Source: Myxococcota bacterium (GTDB lineage Bacteria > Myxococcota_A > UBA9160 > UBA6930). Taken from it: 64,000 nt of DNA. The translations under genes and the position numbers were made by a program. The notes under the pieces are model-generated. The model made no database searches. It was not told the DNA's origin and saw only the letters and a program-made list of their open reading frames with translations. The stretch is taken from contig OZ245015.1 in the NCBI GenBank assembly GCA_965223705.1, forward strand, positions 1,440,001-1,504,000. Direction: 5' to 3'. Below are positions 24,246-38,269 of this stretch, one piece after another (within the stretch, counting starts at the first letter, position 1; each line of letters begins with the position of its first letter).

Positions 24246-25979
24246 ATGAAAGATCGTCTGGAAGAAGTGCTGCGCGCGGCCGTGGCCGAGCTCCTGGCCG
24301 GCGACCCCGACGGTACAGAAGTCGCCGGACTACAGGTCGAAGTACCGCGCGAAGCGAGCCATGGCGATTTCGCTTGCAATGCGGCCATGCTCTTGGCGAA
24401 GCGGCTCCGGAAACCTCCTCGGGAAATTGCCGGCCAGCTCGTCGACGCGTTGGCCGCGCACGGCGATCTCGTCGAGCGGGCGGAAATCGCCGGACCGGGT
24501 TTCGTCAACATTTGGCTCGCCACGGATCGGTTCCGCGACCAGCTCGTCTCGCTTCTCGCCGCTGGCCCCGACTTCGGCCGGTCGGCCGACGCCGCGGGGA
24601 CCAAGGTTCAAGTCGAATTCGTCTCGGCGAACCCGACGGGCCCGCTCAGTCTGGGGCATGGTCGGCAGGCGGTTCTGGGCGACTGCATTGCGCGCTTGCT
24701 CGACGCCACCGGGCACGACGTCACGCGTGAGTACTACTTCAACAACGGCGGCCGGCAAATGAGGGTTCTCGGCCAGTCGGTCCGCGCGCGTTACTTGGAA
24801 GCCCTGGGGCTCGCTGCGCCCCCGCGCGAGGAAGAGCTCAAGGACAAAGAGCTCCCGTGGCCCGAGACGATCAACGGCTTGCCCGTCGAGTTCCCGAGAG
24901 ACGGCTACCAGGGGGACTACATCGCGGACATCGCAGCGGGGCTCCGCGAGAGTCACGGCGATTCACTCGTGGACGAGCCCGCAGAGGGGTTGTTCCGCGA
25001 ACGGGCCGAGGAGACGATCTTCGCAGGCATCCGGCGGACCACCGATTCCCTGGGCATCGCCTTCGACGTCTACTTCAACGAGACGACGCTTTACGAAGAG
25101 GGCAGGCTCGACGAAGCGATCCGCGATCTGTCGGCGGACCAGCTCGTCTACGAAAAGGACGGTGCGACTTGGTTGCGAGCCACGCAACTCGGGCTGGCAC
25201 GTGACCGCGTCCTGATCAAAAGTACCGGAGAGCCGACCTATCTGTTGCCCGATATCGCGTACCACCGCGAGAAGTTCCGGCGCGGCTTCGACACCGTCAT
25301 CGATCTCCAGGGCGCGGACCATATCGATCAGTTTCCCTACGTCCGAGCGGCGGCCGCGGCACTCGGCTGCGACGGCAACCGCATCGAGCTCGTGATGAAC
25401 CAGTTCGTCACGCTGCGCGCCGGCGGTCGCTCAGTGAAACAGTCGACGCGCGCCGCGACCTTCGTCACGGTGGACGAACTCGTCGAGGACGTGGGCGTCG
25501 ACGTTTTCCGCTTCTTCATGATCCAGCGAAAACCCGAGGGACACCTCGATTTCGACCTCGATCTCGCGAAGGAGACCGACTGGACGAAGAATCCGGCGTA
25601 CTACCTCCAGTACACCCATGCGCGAACTTGCGGAATCGAGCGCGAAGCCGAAGCCCGGGGGCTGCGCTGCCCGGCACCGGAAGCGCTCGATGTCTCGCCG
25701 CTGGTGCTGCCCGAGGAGCTCGCGCTCGTTCGCCAGCTGGCGTCGCTCCCCGAGGTTGTGGCGGAAGCGGCTACGAGTCGCGAACCGCACCACATCGCGT
25801 ATTTCCTTCGCGACGTCGCCGGCCTGTGGAATCCCTACCTGCAAGACGGGAAGCGACACCGCATTCTCGGGGACGATGAAGCGTTGTCGGTGGCTCGCCT
25901 CGCGCTGGCCGCGGCCGTTCGCGTGGTGATGGCGAACGGCCTCGCGCTACTCGGAATGAGCGCACCGGAGCGGATGTGA
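24246..25979 (+). CDS. argS: Arginine--tRNA ligase
   Basis: HGDFACNAAM, IAGPGFVN, VEFVSANPTGPL, GADH, C-terminal APERM. Confidence 0.97.
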   Translation: MKDRLEEVLRAAVAELLAGDPDGTEVAGLQVEVPREASHGDFACNAAMLLAKRLRKPPREIAGQLVDALAAHGDLVERAEIAGPGFVNIWLATDRFRDQLVSLLAAGPDFGRSADAAGTKVQVEFVSANPTGPLSLGHGRQAVLGDCIARLLDATGHDVTREYYFNNGGRQMRVLGQSVRARYLEALGLAAPPREEELKDKELPWPETINGLPVEFPRDGYQGDYIADIAAGLRESHGDSLVDEPAEGLFRERAEETIFAGIRRTTDSLGIAFDVYFNETTLYEEGRLDEAIRDLSADQLVYEKDGATWLRATQLGLARDRVLIKSTGEPTYLLPDIAYHREKFRRGFDTVIDLQGADHIDQFPYVRAAAAALGCDGNRIELVMNQFVTLRAGGRSVKQSTRAATFVTVDELVEDVGVDVFRFFMIQRKPEGHLDFDLDLAKETDWTKNPAYYLQYTHARTCGIEREAEARGLRCPAPEALDVSPLVLPEELALVRQLASLPEVVAEAATSREPHHIAYFLRDVAGLWNPYLQDGKRHRILGDDEALSVARLALAAAVRVVMANGLALLGMSAPERM

Positions 25980-26443
25980 CGAGTCGGAGTCAGGTCTCTG
26001 TGAGTTCGTGGTTCACCACGCTCGTGGGCGCGGCCTTGCTGCTCGGCTTGGGGTTTGGGGCCGGGCTCGTTGCGGGCGTGGTGACCGAAGATCCCGGTTT
26101 GGTGTGGGCGCATATGTCGGGAGATTCCGTCGAGGCGCCGCTCCCGGCCGTCGCCGCCCAGGGCGGGCATCCGAAAGAGCCCGACCGACGCGAAACCGCG
26201 GTGCCGTCGAACGTTTTGCTTTCCGGGTTTTCCGTGCAGGTCGGCGCGTTCAACGAGGCGGGCCAGGCGGAAGCGCTGCGCGCGGAGCTCGTCTCCCAGG
26301 GCTTCGCCGCCTACGTCCACGAGTCGGGCGGCACACACCGCGTCCGCGTGGGCCCCGTCGAAGAGCGACCCGAGGCGGATGCGCTCGCCCGCGCTCTGGC
26401 GGATCAGCAGCTACCGACCTGGGTCCTCCGCGAAGGCGAGTAG
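25976..26443 (+). CDS. SPOR-domain membrane protein (FtsN/DedD-like)
   Basis: N-terminal TM; FSVQVGAF..HRVRVGP SPOR motifs; follows argS. Confidence 0.85.
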   Translation: MTSRSQVSVSSWFTTLVGAALLLGLGFGAGLVAGVVTEDPGLVWAHMSGDSVEAPLPAVAAQGGHPKEPDRRETAVPSNVLLSGFSVQVGAFNEAGQAEALRAELVSQGFAAYVHESGGTHRVRVGPVEERPEADALARALADQQLPTWVLREGE

Positions 26444-26450
26444 GAACGCC

Positions 26451-27356
26451 GTGCGGGTCATCATCACCGGCGCCGACGGCCAACTCGGCCGGGCTCTGAT
26501 GGAAGGGCTTTCGGCGCGTCGCGCTTCCGTGACCGCTCTGGGTCGCACGTGCGACATTACCGATCCCACGAGCGTCGCTCGGGCGATCCCGGCTTCGTTC
26601 GATGTCTGGTTCAACGCCGCAGCCGCCACGGACGTCGATCGCTGCGAGCGCGAGCCCGACTGGGCTTTTGCGGTGAACGCCGCGGCTCCCGAAGCCCTCG
26701 CCCGGCGTTGCCGGGAGGCCGGGGGCCGATTTGTCCACGTTTCTACGGATTTCGTGTTCTCGGGAGCGGCGTCGAGGCCCTATCGGGAATCGGACCCCAC
26801 TAGCCCCCTGAACGTCTACGGGGCTTCGAAGCTCGAGGGGGAGGAGAGGGTGCTCTCGGCCGACCGGTCCGCTCTGGTGGTTCGGACGAGCTGGGTTTTC
26901 GGGGTCACGGGCCGCAATTTTCTCCATACCGTCCTCGTGCGAGCCCGTCGCGGCGAGGCTGTCCGGGCCGCAACCGACCAAGTCGGCTCGCCGACCTTCG
27001 CCCCGGACTTGGCTGCGGGCTTGATCGCCTCGGTGGAGGGTGAGCTGTCCGGTCTCTATCATCTCGCGAACGAGGGAGCGGCCTCGCGATGGGCCCTGGC
27101 GCGAGCGGCGCTCGAGGCAGCTAGTCTCCGGGCAGACGTTGTGGCGGAAGCCCGATTGGCCGACTTCCCGGCGGAGGCGGCGCGGCCAATGTGCACTGCT
27201 CTCGACTGCGGGCTGGCGGCCTCGAAGAACATCCGCCTTCGCCCATGGGAGCCGGCTGTACATGAGTTCGTCGCCCGGTTGCCCGCTGCCTCGGATCCCC
27301 TGGCCGCTGGTCTACCCGCGCCCCAGTCGTCGGATGGAGTGAGATGCGAAGACTGA
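26451..27356 (+). CDS. rfbD: dTDP-4-dehydrorhamnose reductase
   Basis: GTG 26451; [32 protein letters not shown]. Confidence 0.9.
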   Translation: MRVIITGADGQLGRALMEGLSARRASVTALGRTCDITDPTSVARAIPASFDVWFNAAAATDVDRCEREPDWAFAVNAAAPEALARRCREAGGRFVHVSTDFVFSGAASRPYRESDPTSPLNVYGASKLEGEERVLSADRSALVVRTSWVFGVTGRNFLHTVLVRARRGEAVRAATDQVGSPTFAPDLAAGLIASVEGELSGLYHLANEGAASRWALARAALEAASLRADVVAEARLADFPAEAARPMCTALDCGLAASKNIRLRPWEPAVHEFVARLPAASDPLAAGLPAPQSSDGVRCED

Positions 27357-28309
27357 ACCGAGTACTGGTGACCGGCGGTGCCGGCTTTCTGGGGTCCCAT
27401 TTGTGTCGGGAACTCCTCGACGCGGGCAGCGAGGTCATCGCTTTCGACAACCTCCTGACCGGGCGCATGGAGAACATCGAAGACCTCCTCGGTCATCCGC
27501 GTTTTTCCTTCGAGCACTACGACGTCACGAACTATCTGTTCGTGACGGGTGAGCTCGACGCGATCCTGCACTTCGCTTCCCCGGCGAGCCCCGCGGATTT
27601 CGAGCGACTGCCGATCGAGATTCTCAAGGTCGGTTCGCTCGGTACGCACAAGGCGCTCGGCCTCGCGAAGGAGAAGGGCGCCAGGTTCTTGCTCGCGAGC
27701 ACGTCGGAATGCTACGGCGATCCGAACGTTGTCCCGCAACCCGAGTCGTATTGGGGCAACGTCAACCCGGTCGGTATTCGCGGTGTCTACGACGAAGCGA
27801 AACGCTTCGCCGAGGCCATGACGATGGCCTACCACCGCCACCACGGTGTCGAAGTTCGCATCGTTCGAATCTTCAACACGTTCGGTCCGCGGATGCAGAT
27901 CAACGACGGGCGTGCGATCCCGAATTTCTTTTCCCAAGCGATCCGAGGCGAAGACGTCACCGTGTTTGGCGACGGTTCGCAAACCCGCTCGATCTGCTAC
28001 GTCGACGACCTGATCGCCGGCATCCTTGCGCTTCTCCGTTCCGACTACGTCGGTCCGATGAATATCGGTAGCCAGGCGGAGATCTCGATGCGTGAGCTCG
28101 CGGAGAAGATCATCGATATCGCGAAATCATCGAGCAAAATCGTCAGTCGCCCGCTGCCGCCCGACGACCCGAAAGTTCGTCGGCCCGATACCACCCTGGC
28201 CGAACGCGAGTTGGGCTGGTCGACGAAGGTCTCGGTCGAGGAAGGACTCCGCCGCACCTACGACTACTTCGTCGCTGAGCTCAAACGGCAGGGTTCTGTT
28301 CAGTCCTAA
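27344..28309 (+). CDS. uxs: UDP-glucuronate decarboxylase family SDR
   Basis: [45 protein letters not shown]. Confidence 0.9.
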   Translation: MRRLNRVLVTGGAGFLGSHLCRELLDAGSEVIAFDNLLTGRMENIEDLLGHPRFSFEHYDVTNYLFVTGELDAILHFASPASPADFERLPIEILKVGSLGTHKALGLAKEKGARFLLASTSECYGDPNVVPQPESYWGNVNPVGIRGVYDEAKRFAEAMTMAYHRHHGVEVRIVRIFNTFGPRMQINDGRAIPNFFSQAIRGEDVTVFGDGSQTRSICYVDDLIAGILALLRSDYVGPMNIGSQAEISMRELAEKIIDIAKSSSKIVSRPLPPDDPKVRRPDTTLAERELGWSTKVSVEEGLRRTYDYFVAELKRQGSVQS

Positions 28310-30108
28310 TGGACATCCAGCGGATCCGGAATTTCTGCATCATTGCGCACATCGACCACGGGAAGAGTACGCTCGCGGATCGATTGCTCGAAGTGACCGG
28401 CGCCTTGGGAGAGCGCGAGAAACGCAACCAGTTTCTCGACAAGATGGATCTCGAGCGCGAACGCGGCATCACCATCAAAGCCCAGACCGCACGGATGCGG
28501 TACACAGCGTCCGACGGCAACGAGTATCTGCTGAACCTGATCGACACGCCGGGTCATGTGGATTTCTCGTACGAAGTCTCCCGCGCGCTGCAAGCGTGCG
28601 AGGGCGCGGTCTTGGTCGTCGACGCGGCGCAGGGCATCGAAGCACAGACCTTGGCGAACGCGTACCTCGCCGTCGACGCGGATCTCGAACTCATCCCCAT
28701 TGCGAACAAGATCGATCTTCCGTCGGCCGATCCGCTCGCGGTCGCCCAGGAAGTCGAGGATGTCATCGGTCTCGACGCGGCCGATGTGTTGCCCGTCTCG
28801 GCGAAAGAGGGGAAGGGGATCGAGGATCTTCTCGAGCGAATCGTCGAACGCGTACCGCCGCCGAAAGGGGATCCCGAAGCTCCGGCGCGCGCGTTGATCT
28901 TCGACGCTTGGTTTGATTCCTACGTGGGCGTCGCGGCGTTGGTACGGGTCGTCGACGGTCGCCTCGAACGGCGCCAACGCGTCAAGTTCATGGCGAAGGG
29001 TCAGGAACACGAAATTCAGGAGCTCCACGTCGTCGATCCGCACCCGCGCCGCGTCGAAAGCCTCGGCCCGGGAGAGGTGGGTGTGGCGATCACCGGCGTG
29101 AAATCTCTCGATCAGGTCCAGATCGGCGACACGCTCACGACCGTGAGTCGGCCCGCTCCCGAACCTCTGCCCGGTTTTCGCGAAGTCAAACCGATGGTCT
29201 TCAGCGGGCTCTATCCGGTCGACGCCGAAGACTACGAGGCGCTCAAGACCGCGCTCGAGAAGTTGCGCCTGAATGACGCGTCGTTCCGCTACGAACCGGA
29301 GACCAGCGCCGCGCTGGGTTTCGGTTTTCGTTGCGGTTTTCTCGGGTTCCTCCACTGCGAGATCATTCAGGAGCGACTCGAGCGCGAATACGATCTACAG
29401 CTCGTGACCACGGCCCCCACCGTGCGCTATCGGGTCGTGCGGACGGATGGCGAGACGATCGAGATCGAGACGCCCGCCGCGCTTCCTCCGACGACCGAAG
29501 TGAACCGGATCGAGGAGCCCCTCATTCTCGCGACCATTCATGTGCCGCAGGAATTCGTCGGCAACGTCTTGTCCCTTTGCCAGGACCGACGCGGGGTCCA
29601 GCGGGACATGTCGATGCATGGAAGTCGCGCGCAGGTCCGCTATGAAATCCCCTTGGCCGAGGTCGTCGCCGACTTTCACGATCGAGTGAAGAGCGCGACG
29701 CGGGGCTACGGTTCCTACGATTATGATTTCACCGGTTACGCCGCCGCCGATCTCGTGAAACTCGACGTCCTGGTCAACGGCGATCCGGTCGACGCCCTTT
29801 CGTTGATCGTCCATCGCGACATGGCTCAGCGTCGCGGCTCCGAGCTCACGAGAAAACTGAAGGAGTTCATTCCCCGTCAGATGTACGAGGTCGCGATTCA
29901 GGCCGCCATCGGTTCCAAGGTCATCGCCCGGACGACGGTCAAGGCCCTTCGCAAGAACGTGACGGCCAAGTGCTACGGCGGTGATATCACCCGCAAGCGC
30001 AAGCTTCTCGAGCGCCAGAAAGAAGGCAAGAAGCGGATGAAGCGGGTCGGCTCGGTAGAGATCCCCCAAGAGGCGTTCCTCGCAGCGTTGAAACTCGACG
30101 ACGGCTAG
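28309..30108 (+). CDS. lepA: Elongation factor 4 (LepA)
   Basis: [38 protein letters not shown]. Confidence 0.99.
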   Translation: MDIQRIRNFCIIAHIDHGKSTLADRLLEVTGALGEREKRNQFLDKMDLERERGITIKAQTARMRYTASDGNEYLLNLIDTPGHVDFSYEVSRALQACEGAVLVVDAAQGIEAQTLANAYLAVDADLELIPIANKIDLPSADPLAVAQEVEDVIGLDAADVLPVSAKEGKGIEDLLERIVERVPPPKGDPEAPARALIFDAWFDSYVGVAALVRVVDGRLERRQRVKFMAKGQEHEIQELHVVDPHPRRVESLGPGEVGVAITGVKSLDQVQIGDTLTTVSRPAPEPLPGFREVKPMVFSGLYPVDAEDYEALKTALEKLRLNDASFRYEPETSAALGFGFRCGFLGFLHCEIIQERLEREYDLQLVTTAPTVRYRVVRTDGETIEIETPAALPPTTEVNRIEEPLILATIHVPQEFVGNVLSLCQDRRGVQRDMSMHGSRAQVRYEIPLAEVVADFHDRVKSATRGYGSYDYDFTGYAAADLVKLDVLVNGDPVDALSLIVHRDMAQRRGSELTRKLKEFIPRQMYEVAIQAAIGSKVIARTTVKALRKNVTAKCYGGDITRKRKLLERQKEGKKRMKRVGSVEIPQEAFLAALKLDDG

Positions 30109-30126
30109 TCGGCCCCGGGGATTTCA

Positions 30127-30921
30127 TTGTCGGAAGAAACGACCGAAGAGAAAAAGAAGCGCGGTTTAAAGGAAGACATTCCCGCCTTGGCGGTGGCGAT
30201 CGTGATCGCCCTGCTGATCCGCACGTTCTTGTTCCAGAGCTTCTACGTCCCGTCCGATTCGATGCTTCCGACGCTCCTCGTCGGCGATCACGTGTTTGTG
30301 ACAAAGTTCATGTTCGGTGCGCGGATTCCGTTTACGAACGTCCAACTGCCCCCGGTTCGAGACCCGAAACGGGGAGACATCGTCGTATTTCGTTTGGCGA
30401 GAGACGGGCGAAAAGTGTTCCCGCCGGACCAGCGCCCGAAGCTTCCCACCGACGCCTTCATCAAGCGCCTGGTGGGCCTTCCGGGTGATACGGTCGAGGT
30501 TCGCGACGGTCGCCTGATCCTGAACGGCGAGGAAGTCCCCCGACGCGATACCGGGGAGACATTCACCGATAGCACCGGTCGCTCATTCAAGGTGCTCGAG
30601 GAACGACTCGAGGGTTGCCGTCACTTGATTCTCGACGATCCGGGCAGTGCCGACCTCAACATGAAAGCCCGCCGGATCGAGCCCGGCCGCTATTTCTTCC
30701 TCGGCGACAACCGCGACAACTCCCTCGACAGCAGGCGCTGGGGCACCGTCGACCGCGCGGCGATGCACGGGCCGGCCGGGCTTCTCTACTGGTCCTGGGA
30801 TTGGAACGGCAGCTGGCTCGAGCTCGCGAACCCGCTGACGTGGTGGCGAAATCTGACCCAGAAGACGCGTTGGAGTCGGATGGGAGGCTTCGTCGGCTGC
30901 GAGGACGAGGAGGCCTCCTAA
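30127..30921 (+). CDS. lepB: Signal peptidase I
   Basis: PSDSMLPTL (Ser), FIKRLVGLPGD (Lys), GDNRDNSLDSR. Confidence 0.96.
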   Translation: MSEETTEEKKKRGLKEDIPALAVAIVIALLIRTFLFQSFYVPSDSMLPTLLVGDHVFVTKFMFGARIPFTNVQLPPVRDPKRGDIVVFRLARDGRKVFPPDQRPKLPTDAFIKRLVGLPGDTVEVRDGRLILNGEEVPRRDTGETFTDSTGRSFKVLEERLEGCRHLILDDPGSADLNMKARRIEPGRYFFLGDNRDNSLDSRRWGTVDRAAMHGPAGLLYWSWDWNGSWLELANPLTWWRNLTQKTRWSRMGGFVGCEDEEAS

Positions 30922-30937
30922 GGCGGGCTGCGCACCG

Positions 30938-30966
30938 TTGGCGACGCGCAGGGGCCGCGCTACGTT
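30938..30966 (+). promoter_or_regulatory. Putative sigma70 promoter of pyr operon
   Basis: TTGGCG-17 nt-TACGTT upstream of the PyrR site. Confidence 0.55.
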
Positions 30967-30988
30967 CCGCCCCGCACAACACGAGTTG

Positions 30989-31036
30989 GCCATTCCTTTT
31001 AAGTCCGTCCGGAGAGGCGGGAAAAGGCAGCATGGC
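30989..31036 (+). promoter_or_regulatory. PyrR-binding RNA stem-loop overlapping pyrR RBS and start codon
   Basis: CCUUUU-AAGU-CCGUCC GGAGA GGCGG-G-AAAAGG: UUUAA and UCCNGNGAGG PyrR consensus elements; outer GCCAU/AUGGC pairing. Confidence 0.85.
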
Positions 31037-31619
31037 GCGAAACACCGCACCCCTCACATCGGCGGCCACCGCCCCGCGCGTCATCCTCGACAGCCCGGCG
31101 ATTCAACGTGCGCTCACTCGGATCGCGCATGAGTTGCTCGAGCGGAACTCCGACCCGTCGGCCCTCTACCTCGTAGGCGTACCGAACGGCGGCGTACCCC
31201 TCGCCCGTTTTCTCGCCGATTCCCTCCACGAGATCTGCGGTGAGGAAGTCGTGGTCGGGGTCCTCGACACGACTCTCTATCGAGACGACCTGTCCCGGGC
31301 CGGAGCGCGGCCGATGCTGCGCCCGACCGAAATGCCCTCGGCGGTCGATGAGCGGGTGGTCGTCCTGGTGGATGACGTGGTCAGCACGGGTCGCACGATC
31401 CGCGCCGCAATGGATGCGTTAATGGACTTTGGGCGGCCCAAGGCCGTGCAGCTGGTTGGTCTCGTCGACCGCGGGCACCGCGAGCTACCGATCAAGATCG
31501 ACTACGTCGGCAAGAACATTCCGACGGAACGTCGCGAACTGGTGGAGTTGCGGCGCGTCCGCGAGGGCGCCGACTGGCCCCTCGAAATGGTGCTCTGGCC
31601 CGAAGGGGGGCTCGCATGA
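31032..31619 (+). CDS. pyrR: Pyrimidine operon regulator / uracil phosphoribosyltransferase
   Basis: ALTRIAHELLERN, TLYRDDL, VDDV..TGRTIRAAMDAL, DRGHRELPI. Confidence 0.96.
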   Translation: MARNTAPLTSAATAPRVILDSPAIQRALTRIAHELLERNSDPSALYLVGVPNGGVPLARFLADSLHEICGEEVVVGVLDTTLYRDDLSRAGARPMLRPTEMPSAVDERVVVLVDDVVSTGRTIRAAMDALMDFGRPKAVQLVGLVDRGHRELPIKIDYVGKNIPTERRELVELRRVREGADWPLEMVLWPEGGLA

Positions 31620-32557
31620 TCGGCCGAGATCTACTGGCCATCGAGGATCTGGAACGCTCCGATATCGAGGCGATTCTCGAGACCGCGCACCGCATGCAGG
31701 AAGTCGGCGATCGCGACGTCAAGAAGGTCCCGGCACTCCGCGGTCGCACCGTGATCAACCTCTTTTTCGAGCCGTCGACGCGCACGCGCACGAGTTTCGA
31801 GATCGCGGGGAAGCGGTTGTCGGCGGATGTCATCAACTTTTCCCCGGGAAGCTCGAGCCTCTCGAAATCGGAGAGCATTCTCGACACGGCCAAAACCCTC
31901 GACGCGATGGATCCGGATGCTGTCGTCGTCCGGCATGGCGTCGCGGGGGTGCCGAAGCAAATCGCCGACGTGCTCCGGGCTCCGGTCATCAACGCGGGCG
32001 ATGGCGCCCACGAACACCCGACCCAGGCGCTACTCGATTTGCTGACGGTTCTCGAGGAGAAGGGCCGACTCGACGGGCTGACCGTCACGATCGTGGGAGA
32101 CATCGTGCACTCTCGCGTCGCCCGATCGAACATCAGCGCTTTTCAAAAGATGGGAGCAGAAGTTCGGCTCGTCGCGCCGCCGACCATGCTCCCCGCGGAT
32201 GTCGCGAGCCTCGGCGCGAAAACCACGGACTCACTCCGCGAGGCGCTCGACGGCGCGGACGTCGTGATGGCGCTGCGGATTCAGAACGAGCGACTCGAGG
32301 GAGCGTTCGTCCCGAGCATCCGCGAGTATGCGGCGACCTTCGGAATCGACCGGGAAAAGCTGCGACACGCGAAGGACGACGCCATCGTGATGCATCCCGG
32401 ACCGGTCAACCGCGGCGTCGAATTGGCCCACGACTTGGCTGACCGTCGGCCTGGGGTCGTTCTCAATCAAGTGCGCAACGGCGTCGCGCTTCGCATGGCC
32501 GTGCTCTACATGGTGGCCGGACGCGCTCCCGCCACCCCCTCGGAGTCTTCCTCGTGA
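31616..32557 (+). CDS. pyrB: Aspartate carbamoyltransferase catalytic subunit
   Basis: FFEPSTRTRTSFE, NAGDG.HEHPTQALLD, MHPGP. Confidence 0.98.
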   Translation: MIGRDLLAIEDLERSDIEAILETAHRMQEVGDRDVKKVPALRGRTVINLFFEPSTRTRTSFEIAGKRLSADVINFSPGSSSLSKSESILDTAKTLDAMDPDAVVVRHGVAGVPKQIADVLRAPVINAGDGAHEHPTQALLDLLTVLEEKGRLDGLTVTIVGDIVHSRVARSNISAFQKMGAEVRLVAPPTMLPADVASLGAKTTDSLREALDGADVVMALRIQNERLEGAFVPSIREYAATFGIDREKLRHAKDDAIVMHPGPVNRGVELAHDLADRRPGVVLNQVRNGVALRMAVLYMVAGRAPATPSESSS

Positions 32558-33849
32558 GCCGAATTCTCCTACACGGCGGTCGCGTGCTGGATCCCGGTTC
32601 CGACCGCGACGAGGTCCTCGATGTCTTGATCGAAGACGGCCAGGTCGCCGAAGTGGGACCCGACCTTCGGGCCGCGGACTCGGAGCGCATCGATGCGACG
32701 GGGCTGTGGGTGACGCCCGGCTTCGTCGACCTGCACACGCACTTGCGAGAGCCCGGGCAGGAATACAAGGAAGACATCGCATCGGGTGCGCGCGCGGCGG
32801 CGGCCGGCGGTTTCACCACGATCGCATGCATGGCGAATACCCTGCCCGTGAACGACGACCCGTCGGTCACGGATTTCATCCTCGACCGGGCGCGTCACGA
32901 CGCTCCCGTACATGTCCTGCCTATCGCCGCGGCGACGAAAGGTCTCGCCGGGGAGACGATGACCGAAATGGACGCCCTCGTGCGTTCGGGTGCCGTGGCC
33001 TTCAGTGACGACGGCAAGACGGTGATGAACGGTGGCACCATGCGCCGCGTACTCGAATACTCGAAGCTGGTCTCGAAGCCGATCATCGTCCATGCCGAGG
33101 ACCGAACCCTCGTCGGAGACGGCGTCATCAACGAAGGCGCGGTTTCGACGCGGCTGGGCTTGCCCGGCAACCCGTCGGTGGCCGAAGTATCGCTCGTTGC
33201 CCGAGATCTCATGTTGGCGGAGATCACCGGAGCGCATTTGCACGTCGCTCACGTTTCGACCGCGGGGGCCGTCGAGCTGATCCGCGAAGCGCGTGCACGC
33301 GGTGTCCACGTGACGAGTGAAGTCACTCCGCATCACCTCATGCTCACCGATGAAGCCAGCCTCGGTTACGACACGAACACGAAGGTGGCGCCGCCGCTCC
33401 GCGGAGCGGCCGACCGCGACGCCCTGCGGATCGCTTTGGCGGAAGGCATCATCGACGCCATCGCAACGGACCACGCGCCGCATGCGGAGCACGAGAAGGA
33501 GAGCGACTTCCGAAGTGCTCCGCCCGGAATGATCGGACTGGAAACGGCTTTCTCCGTGGTGAGCGAACTCGTTCGCTCGGGAACGCTTTCGCCGCTCGAT
33601 CTCGTGCGCCGCCTCTCGACCGAGCCGGCCCGGGTGCTGGGCCTGGCCGCCGGGAAGCTCGCCCTGGGAGAGCCGGCCGACATCACGGTCATCGATCCGG
33701 AAGTCTCGTGGACCTACGACCCGGCGAAGGGCTATTCGAAGAGCCGCAACTCGCCGTGGGCCGGAGAGACGCTGCGAGGTCGGGTCTGCAAGACAATCGT
33801 CGCAGGTCAATGCATCTATGACGCAGAGCGGGGAGTGCTTTACCCATGA
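32554..33849 (+). CDS. pyrC: Dihydroorotase (type I)
   Basis: [24 protein letters not shown]. Confidence 0.96.
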   Translation: MSRILLHGGRVLDPGSDRDEVLDVLIEDGQVAEVGPDLRAADSERIDATGLWVTPGFVDLHTHLREPGQEYKEDIASGARAAAAGGFTTIACMANTLPVNDDPSVTDFILDRARHDAPVHVLPIAAATKGLAGETMTEMDALVRSGAVAFSDDGKTVMNGGTMRRVLEYSKLVSKPIIVHAEDRTLVGDGVINEGAVSTRLGLPGNPSVAEVSLVARDLMLAEITGAHLHVAHVSTAGAVELIREARARGVHVTSEVTPHHLMLTDEASLGYDTNTKVAPPLRGAADRDALRIALAEGIIDAIATDHAPHAEHEKESDFRSAPPGMIGLETAFSVVSELVRSGTLSPLDLVRRLSTEPARVLGLAAGKLALGEPADITVIDPEVSWTYDPAKGYSKSRNSPWAGETLRGRVCKTIVAGQCIYDAERGVLYP

Positions 33850-35047
33850 GCGGATTCGCTGAGCGGAAACCGGCGAAACTCGCCCTCGCGGATGGCACCG
33901 TCTTTCGCGGCACCGCCTTCGGAGCATCAGCGACGCAAGTCGGAGAAGTTTGCTTCAACACGAGCATGACGGGATACCAAGAGATCGTCACCGATCCGTC
34001 CTACGCGGAGCAGATCGTGACGATGACGTACACGCAAATCGGCAACGTGGGCGTGAATGCGCTCGATTGCGAGGCCGCGTTGGCTCACCTCAACGGATTC
34101 GTCGTGAAAGAGCTCTGTCACGAGCCGTCCAACTGGAGGGCGGAAGGCACGCTCGACGACTTCTTGCGCGAGGCCGGTGTCCCCGGAATCGAAGGCCTGG
34201 ACACCCGAGCGCTCGTGCGCAGGATCCGCGACGGCGGTTTCCAGATGGGCGTGCTCTCGACAGCCCCGGACGCCCAGAACGAAGACGAGCTCGTTCGGTT
34301 GGCTCAGGCGGCATCTCCCCTCGACGGACGCGATCTCGTGGCGGGCGTGACATGCGCCGCGCCGTACAACTTCGACGCCGGGTTGTGGAAAGGCGTCGAG
34401 GGCGAGCTCCCGCGCCAACCGCGTCCCGACAAACGTCTGCGTTGTGTCGCGTTCGACTTCGGTGTGAAGCGCAACATTCTGCGACTCCTGGTCGAGCACG
34501 GTTTCGAGGTGGTCGTGGTTCCCGCACAGACGTCCGCAGAGGCGGTGGACGCGATGCACCCCGACGCCGTTTTCTTCTCGAACGGGCCCGGAGACCCCGC
34601 CGCCGTGGCCGGTGTGCGCGACAACGTCCGCGAGCTCGCTTCCCGCTACCCGACCTTCGGAATTTGCCTGGGGCACCAGATCTTGGGCTTGGCGCTCGGC
34701 GGGGCGACCCAGAAGCTCAAGTTCGGCCACCACGGCGGCAACCAACCCGGCCAAGACGTCGCGACGAAACGGGTCGCGATCTGCGCGGAAAACCACGGTT
34801 ACGCGGTCGATCCATCGTCCCTGACGAACGCGGGAGTCCCCGTGGTCGTCACCCACGAGAACTTGAACGACGGCGTCGTCGAAGGGCTCGCCCACCGCGA
34901 GAAACCGGTCTTCTCGGTCCAGTACCACCCCGAAGCTTCGCCCGGGCCCCACGACGCCTCGTATTTCTTTCAGCGCTTCCGGGAGATGACCGAACGCCAC
35001 CGAGCCGGCGAGTCGGTGACCGGCGCCCAAATCGCGGGGATCGCCTA

Positions 35048-35048
<1 letters not shown>
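33846..35048 (+). CDS. carA: Carbamoyl-phosphate synthase small subunit
   Basis: [36 protein letters not shown]. Confidence 0.98.
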
Positions 35049-38266
<3,218 letters not shown>

Positions 38267-38269
38267 GGC

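Noticed and set aside
24246..26443. argS-SPOR adjacency as novel
   Set aside because: Well-known conserved gene pair
33950..35047. Apparent N-terminal extension making a 1438-aa CarB
   Set aside because: Arg/Pro-rich off-frame read of carA; CarB homology starts at GTG 35048
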